A stretch of 44,379 nucleotides of DNA from positions 1 to 44,379 of the forward strand of contig JAISXJ010000119.1 of the NCBI GenBank assembly GCA_031270565.1, given 5' to 3'. The DNA is from Prevotellaceae bacterium. GTDB lineage: Bacteria > Bacteroidota > Bacteroidia > Bacteroidales > Paludibacteraceae. This document shows positions 17,585-29,135 of this stretch, one piece after another. Every line of letters begins with the position of its first letter. Position 1 is the first letter of the stretch. The notes below the pieces were generated by a model. It saw nothing but the letters and a program-made list of their open reading frames with translations, did not search any database and had not been told where the DNA came from. The translations under genes and the position numbers were made by a program.

Positions 17585-18337
17585 ATGAAATCAACCTCAA
17601 TGGTGCTTCGCACCGAACACCTTTATAAACTCTACGGCAAGCGCACGGTGGTGAACGATGTCTCCATTGAGGTACATCAGGGTGAGATTGTCGGGCTGCT
17701 CGGACCGAATGGCGCCGGTAAAACTACTACGTTCTACATCGCAACAGGATTGATTACGCCCAATTCCGGTCATGTTTTTCTGAACGATATAAATATTACC
17801 TCCTATCCCGTCTATCGGCGGGCACAGGCGGGTATTGGCTATCTGGCGCAAGAGCCGTCGGTGTTTCGGAAGATGACGGTAGAGGATAACATTCGTGCCG
17901 TGCTGGAGATGACCTCTTTCTCAAAAGAGCAGCAGCACGAAAAGCTCGAAAGTCTGATTGCCGAGTTTCATCTGGAACTGGTACGAAAAAATATTGGCGA
18001 CCGCCTTTCGGGCGGCGAACGACGGCGTACCGAAATCGCCCGCTGTCTGGCAATAGAGCCTCATTTTATTATGCTTGACGAACCTTTTGCCGGCGTTGAC
18101 CCGATTGCGGTACAAGATATACAGGATATTGTATGGCATCTGAAAGAACGCAATATCGGCATCCTGATTACCGACCACAATGTTGATGAGACGCTTGCCA
18201 TTACCGACCGCGCCTATCTGCTTTTTGAGGGGAAGATTCTTTTTCAGGGCGCTCCCGAAGACTTGGCTGCCAATCCGGTTGTCAGGGACAACTATCTCGG
18301 ACGGGATTTTGAGTTGAAAACAAAAACCCGCATCTAA
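17585..18337 (+). CDS. lptB: LPS export ABC transporter ATP-binding protein
   Basis: [43 protein letters not shown]. Confidence 0.95.
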   Translation: MKSTSMVLRTEHLYKLYGKRTVVNDVSIEVHQGEIVGLLGPNGAGKTTTFYIATGLITPNSGHVFLNDINITSYPVYRRAQAGIGYLAQEPSVFRKMTVEDNIRAVLEMTSFSKEQQHEKLESLIAEFHLELVRKNIGDRLSGGERRRTEIARCLAIEPHFIMLDEPFAGVDPIAVQDIQDIVWHLKERNIGILITDHNVDETLAITDRAYLLFEGKILFQGAPEDLAANPVVRDNYLGRDFELKTKTRI

Positions 18338-18365
18338 CGTCTGACCGTATCAATTGTTATCACCT

Positions 18366-19295
18366 ATGTCGAACAGCAACATTATGAAAAAGACTTCGTG
18401 GGTCAGTATGGCGGGTAATGCCATTCTGGCGACTGCGAAGATTGTTCTTGGTCTGTTGGCGGGAAGCGTGGCGGTGGTTAGCGATGGCGTTGACTCATCT
18501 GCGGATGTGGCTATATCCATTATTATGATTTTTACAGCCAATCTTGTCAATCGCCCGCCAAGCAGAAAATATGTGTACGGATACACCAAAGCCGAAAACA
18601 TCGCAACCAAAGTGCTGTCTATAGTGATTCTGTATGCCGGTATCCAGATGCTTATTGCATCGGGAAAAAGCATCTTTTCGGGAGCAGAGCGCACGATGCC
18701 CACAGTGATTGCCATCTATGTTACGCTGTTTTCCATTGTCGGCAAACTGCTGCTGGCGTATTATCAATACCGCCAGGGCAAGCGCATCAACAGTTCGCTG
18801 CTGAAAGCAAATGCCGTTAATATGCGCAATGACGTTCTTATTTCCGTGAGCGTATTAATCGGGCTGTTCCTTACCTTCGGACTGAAATTACCTATACTTG
18901 ACGCAGTTGTCGGGCTGTTGGTGAGTTTGTTTATCATCAGGTCGGCATTTTCGATATTTATGGACTCCAATGTGGAACTGATGGACGGCGTAAAGGACGA
19001 AACGGTTTACAATCGCATTTTTGAAGCAGTTGACAGGGTAGATGGAGCAAAAAACCCGCATCGGGTACGGTCGCATCAGATTGGCTCGCATTACCTTATC
19101 CTGCTTGATATTGAAGTTGATGGCAACCTCTCGTTGCTCGAAGCTCACTTAATCGCTAATCAGGTCGAAACAGGCATCAAACAAGCCGTTGAAAATGTGT
19201 ATGATATTGTCGTACACGTAGAGCCGACGGGCGTGCAGCATCACGCAGAAAAGTTTGGTGTTTGCAAAGAAATGATTGACTTATCAATTACTTAA
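18366..19295 (+). CDS. cation diffusion facilitator family transporter
   Basis: SDGVDSSAD TM2, YGYTKAE, NMRND TM5, C-terminal VHVEP dimerisation domain. Confidence 0.9.
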   Translation: MSNSNIMKKTSWVSMAGNAILATAKIVLGLLAGSVAVVSDGVDSSADVAISIIMIFTANLVNRPPSRKYVYGYTKAENIATKVLSIVILYAGIQMLIASGKSIFSGAERTMPTVIAIYVTLFSIVGKLLLAYYQYRQGKRINSSLLKANAVNMRNDVLISVSVLIGLFLTFGLKLPILDAVVGLLVSLFIIRSAFSIFMDSNVELMDGVKDETVYNRIFEAVDRVDGAKNPHRVRSHQIGSHYLILLDIEVDGNLSLLEAHLIANQVETGIKQAVENVYDIVVHVEPTGVQHHAEKFGVCKEMIDLSIT

Positions 19296-19315
19296 TTTAA
19301 TATGTTTTTTAGTCT

Positions 19316-21367
19316 ATGAAAAAAATCTTTATCTATGCAACTATGATTGCAACACCTGCACTGTTAGCTACTTCGTGTGGCAGACAACAATCCCAAGCGC
19401 TGACTTCGGGTATTCATCAAGAATATTTAGACACAACCGTCTCTCCGAAGCAGGATTTCTATCAATATGCCTGTGGCGGCTGGATGGCGCTTCACCCGCT
19501 GACGGCGGAATATGCGCGTTTCGGCAGTTTCGACAAGCTGGCGGAGGACAACCAAAAACAACTCAAAGAGTTGATTGTTTCCATTGCGGAAAGACAGCAC
19601 AAGAGTGGTTCCATTCCACAGAAAATAGGCGATTTGTATAATCTCGGTATGGATTCGGCAACCACTGAACAGCAAGGCGCAGAGCCTCTCAAGACGGTTC
19701 TTACCTCGTTGCTTTCCCTGCAAACCAAAGAAGGACTGACGGACAAACTGGCGGAATTGGCGCTGGACGGCACCTCGCCGCTTTTTGGTGTATTCGGCGA
19801 AGCAGACCCAAATAACAGCACGCAACGTATTGCGTGGATATGGCAAACGGGGCTTGGTATCGGCGACCGCGACTATTATCTCGAAGCCGGTATGAAAGAC
19901 AAACGCGACGCATACGTTGTGTTGCTCTCAAAACTGCTGTCCCTGTCGGGTTATGCCGAAATTGCCGGACTAACAGGACAGGAAGAGGCTGCCGCCAAAC
20001 AGGTATTGGCATTGGAAACGGAACTGGCAACGGCATTTATGGACAAAAATACAATGCGCGACCCCTATAAAACCAGCAACATCCGCACGGTTGACGAATG
20101 GCAAAAACTCATTCCTTCTATTGATGTAAAAAGATATTTGGCTGCGCTGGGCTTGCAGGAGGTTACCTCCGTAAATATCGGACAGCCCGATTACACCGCC
20201 GCATTGAACAAAATCATTGAGAAGACCGATATTAACACCATTCGCACCTATCTCGCCTGCCAAATCATCACCGGCGCGGCGCCCTATCTGAACAGCGCTT
20301 TTGTGGATGCGCATTTTGATTTCTTTGGCAAAACGCTTTCCGGCAGAACAGAACAGCGTCCGCGCTGGAAGCGTGTGGTTGGTACGGTTGACGGCGTTCT
20401 GGGCGAAGCCGTCGGACAGATGTACGTGGAGAAATATTTTCCCGCAGCCGCCAAAGAACGGATGTTACAGCTGGTTGATAACCTCAAAGAGGCTTTGCGT
20501 GAACGAATCGCACAAAACGGGTGGATGAACGATTCTACCAAAGATAAATCCTTTGAAAAGTTAGACGCTTTCATTGTCAAAATCGGCTATCCCGACCAGT
20601 GGCGCGATTACAGCAGTCTGACCGTTGCCAAAGACAGCTATTTTGCCAACATTGAGCGGGCGCAACGCTTTGAAACGGCATACCATCTGGCGAAAATAGG
20701 AAAGCCTATCGACCCCAAAGAGTGGCTGATGACCCCGCAGACCGTGAATGCCTATTACAACCCAACAACTAACGAAATCTGTTTTCCGGCAGGTATTCTG
20801 CAACCGCCCTTCTTTGACATGTATGCCGATGATGCGGTGAATTACGGCGCTATTGGCGTGGTAATCGGACACGAAATGACGCACGGATTCGATGACCAGG
20901 GGCGTAACTACGACAAAAACGGTAACCTCAGCAACTGGTGGGGAGAAGATGATGCAGTCAATTTCGCCGCACGTACCAAAGTTCTGGTAGATTATTTTGA
21001 CAACATTGACGTTTTGCCGGGCGTAAAAGCCAATGGCACATTCACACTCGGTGAAAATATCGCGGACAATGGCGGATTGAACGTATCGTTTGTAGCGCTG
21101 CAAAAAGCCAAAGCACAGGGAACAATTACGGATGTTATGGACGACTTCTCTGCCGATGAACGTTTCTTTATTGCCTACGCTAACGTATGGGCGGGGAATG
21201 TTCGCGACGAAGAGATTGTACGCCGTACCAAAGAAGACCCTCATTCGCTGGGGCGTTGGCGGGTGAACGGCGCTCTGCCGCACATCAACGTCTTTGCGCA
21301 GACATATAACCTGCAGGAGGGCGACGCCATGTACCTTGCGCCCGAAAAACGCGCTGACATCTGGTAA
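19316..21367 (+). CDS. pepO: M13 family metalloendopeptidase (PepO-like lipoprotein)
   Basis: Lipobox ATSC, DFYQYACGGW, VNAYY, HEMTH, GENIAD motifs. Confidence 0.92.
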   Translation: MKKIFIYATMIATPALLATSCGRQQSQALTSGIHQEYLDTTVSPKQDFYQYACGGWMALHPLTAEYARFGSFDKLAEDNQKQLKELIVSIAERQHKSGSIPQKIGDLYNLGMDSATTEQQGAEPLKTVLTSLLSLQTKEGLTDKLAELALDGTSPLFGVFGEADPNNSTQRIAWIWQTGLGIGDRDYYLEAGMKDKRDAYVVLLSKLLSLSGYAEIAGLTGQEEAAAKQVLALETELATAFMDKNTMRDPYKTSNIRTVDEWQKLIPSIDVKRYLAALGLQEVTSVNIGQPDYTAALNKIIEKTDINTIRTYLACQIITGAAPYLNSAFVDAHFDFFGKTLSGRTEQRPRWKRVVGTVDGVLGEAVGQMYVEKYFPAAAKERMLQLVDNLKEALRERIAQNGWMNDSTKDKSFEKLDAFIVKIGYPDQWRDYSSLTVAKDSYFANIERAQRFETAYHLAKIGKPIDPKEWLMTPQTVNAYYNPTTNEICFPAGILQPPFFDMYADDAVNYGAIGVVIGHEMTHGFDDQGRNYDKNGNLSNWWGEDDAVNFAARTKVLVDYFDNIDVLPGVKANGTFTLGENIADNGGLNVSFVALQKAKAQGTITDVMDDFSADERFFIAYANVWAGNVRDEEIVRRTKEDPHSLGRWRVNGALPHINVFAQTYNLQEGDAMYLAPEKRADIW

Positions 21368-21387
21368 GCGACTGTTTGCATTAACTG

Positions 21388-21419
21388 GCAGCGGCTGCTC
21401 CTGTTGGGGCAGCCGCTGC
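21388..21419. terminator. GC-rich hairpin between convergent genes
   Basis: GCAGCGGCTGCTCC-TGTT-GGGGCAGCCGCTGC. Confidence 0.7.
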
Positions 21420-21453
21420 TGTGCAAGGGGCTTTTTTATTTTCTAATTACAGT

Positions 21454-24400
21454 TTACTGTACCATCAACTTGCCGTAGTAAACCTCGTGCCTGCCGGTGG
21501 TGATGCGCACCAGATACATACCACTCTGATTAAAACCTGTCAGGCGTATCGGATATGTCTCCGGCTCCAATGTCATCAGACGAATACCTGCATTGTTGAA
21601 CACCTCTACCGTTAAACCGTTGCGATCGGCGGCAGTGAAATCGGCTTCGATTCTTACTTCGTCGCCACAGGCAACCGGATTCGGCAACAGGTAGAATGTT
21701 AACATATTCGGAAACATTACACCCGTTCCGATGGTTACTACAAGCGTATGGATGCTGTCGCAACCGGTGGACGCAGGGTTGATAAAGATAAATTCGTGTT
21801 CGCCTGCAGATACAGTCGCCGGAATCACCGTATCACGATAGCTGTAAGGCAAATCGTCAACATTGATGGTAATGGTATCGCTCGTTCTGATGTGCGAAGC
21901 GTGCGTGAGCGTCAGGATTATCGTCGAGTCGCAACCGGTGGACGAAATCAGATTACGCCGGTAAATGCCCGCCTGCAATTCATTAAAACCATTCTCCAGA
22001 TAGGGTTCATCATCGCAGATTGACGCGCTGATATGACTGATTCCGGTCTCCAAAACGGTCAGGTTAAGCGTCAGATATTGATAATCTCCCGAAGGCTGTT
22101 TCTTTGTTCCGCCAAATGTAAATGTTCCTGCATGACTTAACTGCGTTGCTGGAATATCAAATATATCTTCCGTATAATCATACCCCTGACAAACAATATC
22201 ACTTACAAAGACGTTTTCAGTCGGCATTACGTTAATATTTCCGATATGCAGGTCATTACTTCCATTGCCGGCTACCGTTGATTCGCCGTAGAAAGCAATG
22301 CGAATATCCTTGCCTCTGTAAGCCGACAAGTCAATCCCTATCCGTTCTGCCACGTGCGGAAGCTGATTAAAGACATAATCGCCATCAGGCTTGTTATTCC
22401 AGACAGTGGCGTTGGCAGCGTTCCACGTTGCACCTGCATCATCCGAGATGATGACCATAAACTGGTCGTCAGGCTGACCTGCCGGATTCTTTATCGGGTT
22501 GGCAGAGTTATAACTCGTCAGAGCCACGTCAAAGAGCAGTACAGCCGTTGTATCCACGTGAATGGTCGGCGACACCAGCCAGTAATATTGACCGGCGGTA
22601 TAAAGATAGATTTTTGTATGCGGTTTTGTAATGCCGTTATTTGTTGTAACCCTGCTCCAGCCACTCGTTGTTGCCGACAGACTGCCACCGTTAAATACAT
22701 TTGAAGTCAATGCTCTATATTTGTTCCAACAAATGGGCGGATAGGTAGTATTGCCAAACGTTTCCTCAAAAGGAATCGTATATATGTCGCAAGGTGTCAT
22801 AAAGGAGGCTTCCGCTGACCAGAGCGACTTGTCCACACACTGGTTTTGCACATAGTAATAGTAGGTTTTCGACAGCGACAGCCCTCCTATCGTAACGGGA
22901 TGCGTTGTTACAAGCGTGTCCGCTACGTCTGCTGTCTGCGTCGTCGGGTCAATGGACGTTGAGGAGACAAGCACACGCCATCCGGTGAGCGGCACATTGC
23001 CCGGCTCCCAGTCTATACTTACCGAATCACCCGCCGCAGAAGCCGTCAGGTTGCGCGGCGTCATACATGTCGCCTCCTGAATGGCAATGTTATCCACAGC
23101 CGCCGACGGTTGCGCACCCGCCGAGCCGTCATTTTTCCAGAAGAATACCAAGTGATACACCCCCGTTGCCGGTATCTGAAATACATCGGAAAAGAGTTGC
23201 CACGTATCGTGTGCGGAGAAATTACTGTTGCCAATCTCCACCCATCCCTCCGGTATGACGTTAGTCTCATCCAGACCATACGCGGCGCCAGAGGAGAGAT
23301 TAACGACGTAAGGCACAAGAAATACACGCATTAGGTCAAAAGCAGATTCTCCATTACTTTGCCATTCAAAATCTATGGAATAGACAGTACCGACATTCAG
23401 ACGTATATCTCTGTAAGCGTAGGCGTGAGAAAGGGATGTGTCTGTATATTCATTTGTAACGCCATCATCGTTGGAGATATACAGACCGCTGTTGCCGCCG
23501 GCAGCTGCGGCAGCGCCAATAGTCCACCTGTTCTCACCTTCGCTATTGCTGAAAGACCATTTAACATTATCCGTCGGAGTTTCAAAGTCAGCAAAGAACG
23601 GCACTGTATCCAACTGCGGCGTGATGAAAGTGAACATTCCCCACGCAGTGGTACCGCCACCGCTGCACAATCCACGCACATAGACATAATGCATGACTTT
23701 CTGACTTAATTCCGTAAGGTTTACGGCAGAAGTCGTTAATCCATAGTTGCTGTAAATGCCTGTCGGCAACGTATCCAGCGAGGCTGTTGTATGCGCCTGC
23801 GTATCTGCCACCACCTGCCACGTTACCGCGTCGCTTTCCCACGACAGACCGACAGTTGTTTCTGTCAAGTCCGTTACGGAAATAATGGGTGCATAACATC
23901 TCTCCTCTTCAAAGTGGAAGTTGTCTATGGCTGCCGGCGTACCTCCTGCTCCATAGCCGTCGTTCTTCCAGAAGAATGTCAACCGGTATATGCCCGTTGT
24001 CTGTAATGTGAATGAATAGGAATAATTTTGCCACGACGTTTCCCCTTGAAGATTACCGTTGCCTATATCTGTCCATCCTGCCGGTGTGGTGTTTGTGGCA
24101 AAGGTCATACCGTAAGCATTGCCGGAAGAGAGTTCTACCGTATCCGGAATGAGGAACGCCCGCAACAGGTCGTAATCCTTTTCTCCACCGGCTTTCCAGT
24201 CAAAACGGACGGTGTACCGTTGTCCGGCTTGCAGTGATACCGTTCTGTAAGCATAGGTATATGTAGCTTTGTTAGTGGGGAAAGAATAAGAATTGCTTAC
24301 ACCGCCGTCATCCGAAACGTATAATGCGCTTGCGCCGCCGTTGCAGGTTGCACTTCCAACAGCGAAACTGTTCCCGCCGCCATTCGACGAGGTACGCCAC

Positions 24401-27400
24401 ATGTCGGCATCGGTCTCAAAGCCGGAAATAACCGGTGGCGTTTCAATTACCTGATTTGTATAAACGGTTACCGGTCCACGCCATGTGCTTGTACCGTCTG
24501 CCCCGCAGTCGGCTTGCACATAGATATCGTAACACGAAGAGAGCGCTAACTCCGTCAACAAATATGGACTGGTTACGTTGGTAATAAGCCTGCCGCCTGT
24601 TGCGGGATTGAATCCGTAAGCGCCGACCTTCAAATGTCGGGCTGTTTCCGGAAAGGCTATCTCCACAGAGGCGTCGGTAATGGCGTTCACCGTGAGAGAA
24701 GCAGGTCTGATACACGCTGGAATCCGTTCCACCAGAACATTATCAATAAAGAATGTATTATCAGCCTGACGTTGCGACCGGAACGCAAGATATTGCCCCG
24801 TTCCACCGTAACCGCTTAACGACACCACCAACTCCTGCCACGTACCGGTTGCGGTAGGCGATACGGTGGTTAATGAATCAAATGTTGTTATATCGGTCGG
24901 GTCGGTCAGTATGCCTACGGTAATACTGTCATGGAGGCTTGGTTTATATGCCATAAACGATAACTGCGCCGTAGTAAGTAGGTCTGTAATTTCCGGCAGT
25001 ATGGTAAAAGCGTCGGTTCCTGCGGCGGATGTGAAACAGAGCGATGCCCCTGCTGCACCGTAGCGGTATGTTGTATTGCAATATGGCGGCTTGCTGCCTG
25101 TTGCACTGCCAACCGTCCAACATTCCGGCTGTAAGCCGATGCCTCCGTTGCCGTTAAAATGTTCGGCAAATGGCAGGGATACCTGAGAAGCGCATGTCGT
25201 ACGAAACCCTGTCAATCGGGTATATCTTTCCCCATAACTGTTATCCTGACAGACTGTCTGCACGTAAACATAATAGTTGGTACGCTCTGCAAGTCCGTGA
25301 ACGGTATATTTAAACACGCCATTGACAATATCAACTATCGTATCCACGGCAAAGGTTGAGATGGTATCCGCATTTGCCGTATTGTTCCCGACATTAACGG
25401 TAGAAACCTGAATACGGAACTTGTGATCGTTCACAGACAGCGGTTGCCATGCGATGGTTGCGCCCTCGTGTGTAATATCGGCAACGCTTACGTCGGCAGG
25501 CGACTGACAGTCGTTGATAACTCCCAGATGCACATTGCCGAGACAGGCGGTATAGGATTTTTGAGCTGCATCGCCATCCACCATAAAGGCGATATACCTG
25601 CCCGTATCTGTATAGGAGTGGAAGCTGACGGCATAAGAGGCTTTGATTCCCAGCGTAAGAGTAGCCACCGGCTCAAAGGTAGAAGCATCAGCCTGATCGG
25701 TCATAACGCCCACCACAAGAGGCACGCCTGTGAGATTGGCATAGCCGTCAAATCGCAGGCTCAATCCGTTTACGCCGGTGGTGAGGTTCGGCATAATGGC
25801 AAGTAGCTTCGTCGATGTGTAGTCATCGCCATAATAGCCGTACAGACTTAATACTTTAACGGTTGGCGTGTCGCTACTGTTTACAATGTGTGGCGGCATG
25901 ATTTCTTCCTCCGGAATATTACCTGTTTTAACCGTCAGATAGCGCCAGCAAGTCGGGCTGACATTTTCACCGTAAGTGTTAAACTGCTCCACGACAGGAA
26001 TGGAAACGGGCTGACAACCGGTAATAAATGAGGCAGCCGCCCATGCTGACGTTCCAACATCGCCACATTCCGCCCGTATATAAACATGATAGGAGACAGA
26101 GGACTGAAGGCTGGTCAGGTCAAGATAATTATCCGATGTAGATAAATTATCGACATCTCCGGCGCTCTCCTCCGGATTAATGGGAACGATGGAGAGCTTA
26201 ACGTTATAGGTATCGGCATTTTCCGACATCCACTTCACACGTCCCGAATTATGGGTTAATGATGTAACAGTTATATTCCTCGGTGTCGTACAGGCAAGCG
26301 GCAACGTGCGACACGACAGAAGCGTCCATTCGCTTACGCCATCCACGATGCCACAGTTGGCACGAAGATAAATGTCGTAAAGCGTATCCGGTAGCAGGTT
26401 TGTAAGTTGATACGACTGTGAAGCGGTAATATCAACAGGTGTTTTTCCATTCGGGTCGAAGCCTGAAACGTCATAAACAAGTTGCCATGCTGTTTCCTCA
26501 CCTCCGTTTGTCCACGCGACCGTTATTGATGTACTCTCTGAGGTGTGCCCGGTAAGGGTTGGTTGCGGACAAACCACCTGTGTTGTGAAAACCGCGTGCC
26601 TCCACACACTCTTGACATTCTGCCCGCAGGACGTTCTGATATAAACATGGTAAAGGGTATTGCCTGTCAGTCCGCTAACAGCAAACGGCTTGACGGAAGT
26701 TTGTACATTGACTATACCGTTCTCCGTACTTGGGTCTGATAACACAGTGGTTGCAATCTTTATATCCCACAGAGAAGCTCCTACTTCCCGGTCTAACCAG
26801 CTAATCTCTGCCGAAGACCGTGTAATATTTTCTACCTTAATGCTGTCCACCGCACGGCAAAGCAGCTTTTCGACAAGGATGTTATCTACAGCTGCGGGCG
26901 GCTGGACGCCTGACAAGCCGTCGTTCTTCCAGAAGAATACAAGGTTGTACAGTCCGGCAGCAGGTACGTTGTATTCCGCCGACCGGGTATTCCACAGTGC
27001 CGACGAGTTGAGTATGCCTCCGCCGACGTCTATCCAGTTATCGGGCGTCGGGTTTTTGTCCACAGTCATGTCATAAGCGTTACCGGCTACCGGTTCAACT
27101 GTTGCCGGCGTCAGGAAGACACGCATCAAATCGTAGTCGCCTTCGCCATTCCCCATCCAGTCAAACTGGAATGTATATTCTCCGGCGGCATCCAGACTTA
27201 ATGTTCTGACGGCATATACATACGACGTTGCATCAACGTTGTAATGATTTGTTGCACCGGCGGTATTGTTGCTGATGTATAATCCGTTTGAACCGTTACT
27301 GCCGACTGCCGTGCCGAAGACCCATTTGTTGGCTTGTGTTCCGTTTTTTAGCAACCATTGCCGGTGTTCCGTTTCATCCTCAAAGCTGCAAATATATGGA

Positions 27401-29055
27401 AGCGTGGCGGGTGTTATCGCTGTGTTGATGGTTGCCTGATGCGACCATTCGGACGTTCCGCCGCCACAATTGGCTTGCACGTACCAGTAATAGGTCGTTC
27501 GTGAACTGAGTGATTCCACACGTAATGGAATGGCAGTTACCGTGCGGTCGAGTATATCGGCGACGGGGGCTGTTGCCGGATTAATCGGCACGGTGGATAT
27601 GCGAACACGATAGGAGGATGCTGTTCCTGTCCATGTCAAAGATGCTGCGGTGTCGGTAACAGCAACTGTCTGCAGGATGGACGGTCGCTGACAGGAAACA
27701 GGCGGCGCTATTTCCATATCGTCAATATAGATATTCACTGTTTCATTGTAATCCGAAGCATCTGCCATAAACACAATATAATTGTTATCTGTTGCCGCAG
27801 TCATTGGCAGGATACACTCTTCCATAACGCCACCTGCGGTGGCAATACCAATCAGTTCCGTAAAGGTTGTAACATCCTGCGGGTCTGACTGTACTCCTAT
27901 ATGCAGCGTGGCACGACCGGCGCTGTACAGCTTGAACGACAGCTGATATTCCTGCCGGTCATTCACCGACAGTGCGGGGGAAATGGCAAACGCTTTCGTC
28001 AGGCGGGGCAAAACCTCAGAGGAGGTATTGTCATAACAGGCGGACAGATAGAGCGCCATATCGGCGTTAAGCTCACGACAATGGGGGGTGTATTCTGCGG
28101 CGGGCGATGTCGTTCCCCAGTTTCCGGCAGTTTGCACAAGTGTTTTCCAGCAGGCGGGCAGCTCTCCTGTCCCGACGCTGTTAAAGGACTCACTGTACGG
28201 CACGGTAGAGGGCAAACAGCCTGTTGTAAACGTTTCTTCCTGCGACCATGCGCTAACATCGCTCTCGCCACAATCGGCTTGTACGTACCAGTAATAGGTG
28301 GTGGAGGGAGAAAGTTCCGTTACTGTATAAACTGTATTAAATACCATACCATCGAAACCGTCTGCTGTTTGTGTGAAATCGGTCAATGGTGTTGTAGAAA
28401 CCTTAAGGCGGTAACTTGTGGAGTAAATGCTTGCCGACCATGACAGTATGGCTGAATGGTGCGAAATACGCTGTGCGTGCAGAGCATCCGGACGGGTACA
28501 AAGTGGTTGTGTTCCAATGGCGACCCTGTCGAGGGCAATACCCTTGCCGGCGCCATAGTTGTATTCAAACGCAAACTCGACCGTTTCCGGTTGTGCATAG
28601 GGCATCAAATTGATACGCTGCTCCTGCCAGCTCTGTGTTGTGGGCTGAATCGTTTCGAGCAATGTCCAGATGCCGCCGGCAACGCGGGAGTAAACCCTGA
28701 GCGTGTCGCGGTCGCCGTTGGAAAATTTCGGCGCTGCCATTAAGAAGGTTATGGCATATTCTCGCGATGCCGTCAAATTGACCGCCGGAGTAATTAATTG
28801 CACCGGCGTTTGATTTGTCGCAGTATAGAGATACGCATAATGGCTACCATCAACAGCGGTTACTGCCCAGACGCCTGTCGTCCCAACGTCCCACACAACG
28901 GGAGAGCCGGTTGAACTTTGACGCCATTGTAACAGGTTGCCCGATTCAAAATCGTCTTCAAAGACCATAATCTGCGCCGAAGCGCTCTGTGCGGTGATGA
29001 CAACAAAAAGAAGTGTCATCAAACTCTTAAATAGTTTTTCGGTATTCTTTATCAT
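21454..29055 (-). CDS. giant fibronectin type III / adhesin-like repeat protein with a T9SS-type C-terminal domain
   Basis: Signal peptide, many C-x-x-P...W...L-x-x-x-T-x-Y-x-x-YVQA-x-C FN3 units, three LYISN...GE..YDL.R.FL...FFWKND modules, TGCDS repeats, PNPV...GMYLVRI...GKLMVQ tail. Start at 29055 is approximate. Confidence 0.85.
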   Translation of the reverse strand: MIKNTEKLFKSLMTLLFVVITAQSASAQIMVFEDDFESGNLLQWRQSSTGSPVVWDVGTTGVWAVTAVDGSHYAYLYTATNQTPVQLITPAVNLTASREYAITFLMAAPKFSNGDRDTLRVYSRVAGGIWTLLETIQPTTQSWQEQRINLMPYAQPETVEFAFEYNYGAGKGIALDRVAIGTQPLCTRPDALHAQRISHHSAILSWSASIYSTSYRLKVSTTPLTDFTQTADGFDGMVFNTVYTVTELSPSTTYYWYVQADCGESDVSAWSQEETFTTGCLPSTVPYSESFNSVGTGELPACWKTLVQTAGNWGTTSPAAEYTPHCRELNADMALYLSACYDNTSSEVLPRLTKAFAISPALSVNDRQEYQLSFKLYSAGRATLHIGVQSDPQDVTTFTELIGIATAGGVMEECILPMTAATDNNYIVFMADASDYNETVNIYIDDMEIAPPVSCQRPSILQTVAVTDTAASLTWTGTASSYRVRISTVPINPATAPVADILDRTVTAIPLRVESLSSRTTYYWYVQANCGGGTSEWSHQATINTAITPATLPYICSFEDETEHRQWLLKNGTQANKWVFGTAVGSNGSNGLYISNNTAGATNHYNVDATSYVYAVRTLSLDAAGEYTFQFDWMGNGEGDYDLMRVFLTPATVEPVAGNAYDMTVDKNPTPDNWIDVGGGILNSSALWNTRSAEYNVPAAGLYNLVFFWKNDGLSGVQPPAAVDNILVEKLLCRAVDSIKVENITRSSAEISWLDREVGASLWDIKIATTVLSDPSTENGIVNVQTSVKPFAVSGLTGNTLYHVYIRTSCGQNVKSVWRHAVFTTQVVCPQPTLTGHTSESTSITVAWTNGGEETAWQLVYDVSGFDPNGKTPVDITASQSYQLTNLLPDTLYDIYLRANCGIVDGVSEWTLLSCRTLPLACTTPRNITVTSLTHNSGRVKWMSENADTYNVKLSIVPINPEESAGDVDNLSTSDNYLDLTSLQSSVSYHVYIRAECGDVGTSAWAAASFITGCQPVSIPVVEQFNTYGENVSPTCWRYLTVKTGNIPEEEIMPPHIVNSSDTPTVKVLSLYGYYGDDYTSTKLLAIMPNLTTGVNGLSLRFDGYANLTGVPLVVGVMTDQADASTFEPVATLTLGIKASYAVSFHSYTDTGRYIAFMVDGDAAQKSYTACLGNVHLGVINDCQSPADVSVADITHEGATIAWQPLSVNDHKFRIQVSTVNVGNNTANADTISTFAVDTIVDIVNGVFKYTVHGLAERTNYYVYVQTVCQDNSYGERYTRLTGFRTTCASQVSLPFAEHFNGNGGIGLQPECWTVGSATGSKPPYCNTTYRYGAAGASLCFTSAAGTDAFTILPEITDLLTTAQLSFMAYKPSLHDSITVGILTDPTDITTFDSLTTVSPTATGTWQELVVSLSGYGGTGQYLAFRSQRQADNTFFIDNVLVERIPACIRPASLTVNAITDASVEIAFPETARHLKVGAYGFNPATGGRLITNVTSPYLLTELALSSCYDIYVQADCGADGTSTWRGPVTVYTNQVIETPPVISGFETDADMWRTSSNGGGNSFAVGSATCNGGASALYVSDDGGVSNSYSFPTNKATYTYAYRTVSLQAGQRYTVRFDWKAGGEKDYDLLRAFLIPDTVELSSGNAYGMTFATNTTPAGWTDIGNGNLQGETSWQNYSYSFTLQTTGIYRLTFFWKNDGYGAGGTPAAIDNFHFEEERCYAPIISVTDLTETTVGLSWESDAVTWQVVADTQAHTTASLDTLPTGIYSNYGLTTSAVNLTELSQKVMHYVYVRGLCSGGGTTAWGMFTFITPQLDTVPFFADFETPTDNVKWSFSNSEGENRWTIGAAAAAGGNSGLYISNDDGVTNEYTDTSLSHAYAYRDIRLNVGTVYSIDFEWQSNGESAFDLMRVFLVPYVVNLSSGAAYGLDETNVIPEGWVEIGNSNFSAHDTWQLFSDVFQIPATGVYHLVFFWKNDGSAGAQPSAAVDNIAIQEATCMTPRNLTASAAGDSVSIDWEPGNVPLTGWRVLVSSTSIDPTTQTADVADTLVTTHPVTIGGLSLSKTYYYYVQNQCVDKSLWSAEASFMTPCDIYTIPFEETFGNTTYPPICWNKYRALTSNVFNGGSLSATTSGWSRVTTNNGITKPHTKIYLYTAGQYYWLVSPTIHVDTTAVLLFDVALTSYNSANPIKNPAGQPDDQFMVIISDDAGATWNAANATVWNNKPDGDYVFNQLPHVAERIGIDLSAYRGKDIRIAFYGESTVAGNGSNDLHIGNINVMPTENVFVSDIVCQGYDYTEDIFDIPATQLSHAGTFTFGGTKKQPSGDYQYLTLNLTVLETGISHISASICDDEPYLENGFNELQAGIYRRNLISSTGCDSTIILTLTHASHIRTSDTITINVDDLPYSYRDTVIPATVSAGEHEFIFINPASTGCDSIHTLVVTIGTGVMFPNMLTFYLLPNPVACGDEVRIEADFTAADRNGLTVEVFNNAGIRLMTLEPETYPIRLTGFNQSGMYLVRITTGRHEVYYGKLMVQ

Positions 29056-29135
29056 TATAATAAGGTTTTTGATATAAAAAAGGTAAAACAATTAACCCAT
29101 TTTATCCCATAATAAGGATAATAAAACAGGCGCGA

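Noticed and set aside
20561-21283. Long antisense or alternative-frame ORFs (also 36371-37096, 40896-41582, 16613-17155, 2579-3151)
   Set aside because: They are shadows of well-supported genes and have no recognisable motifs.
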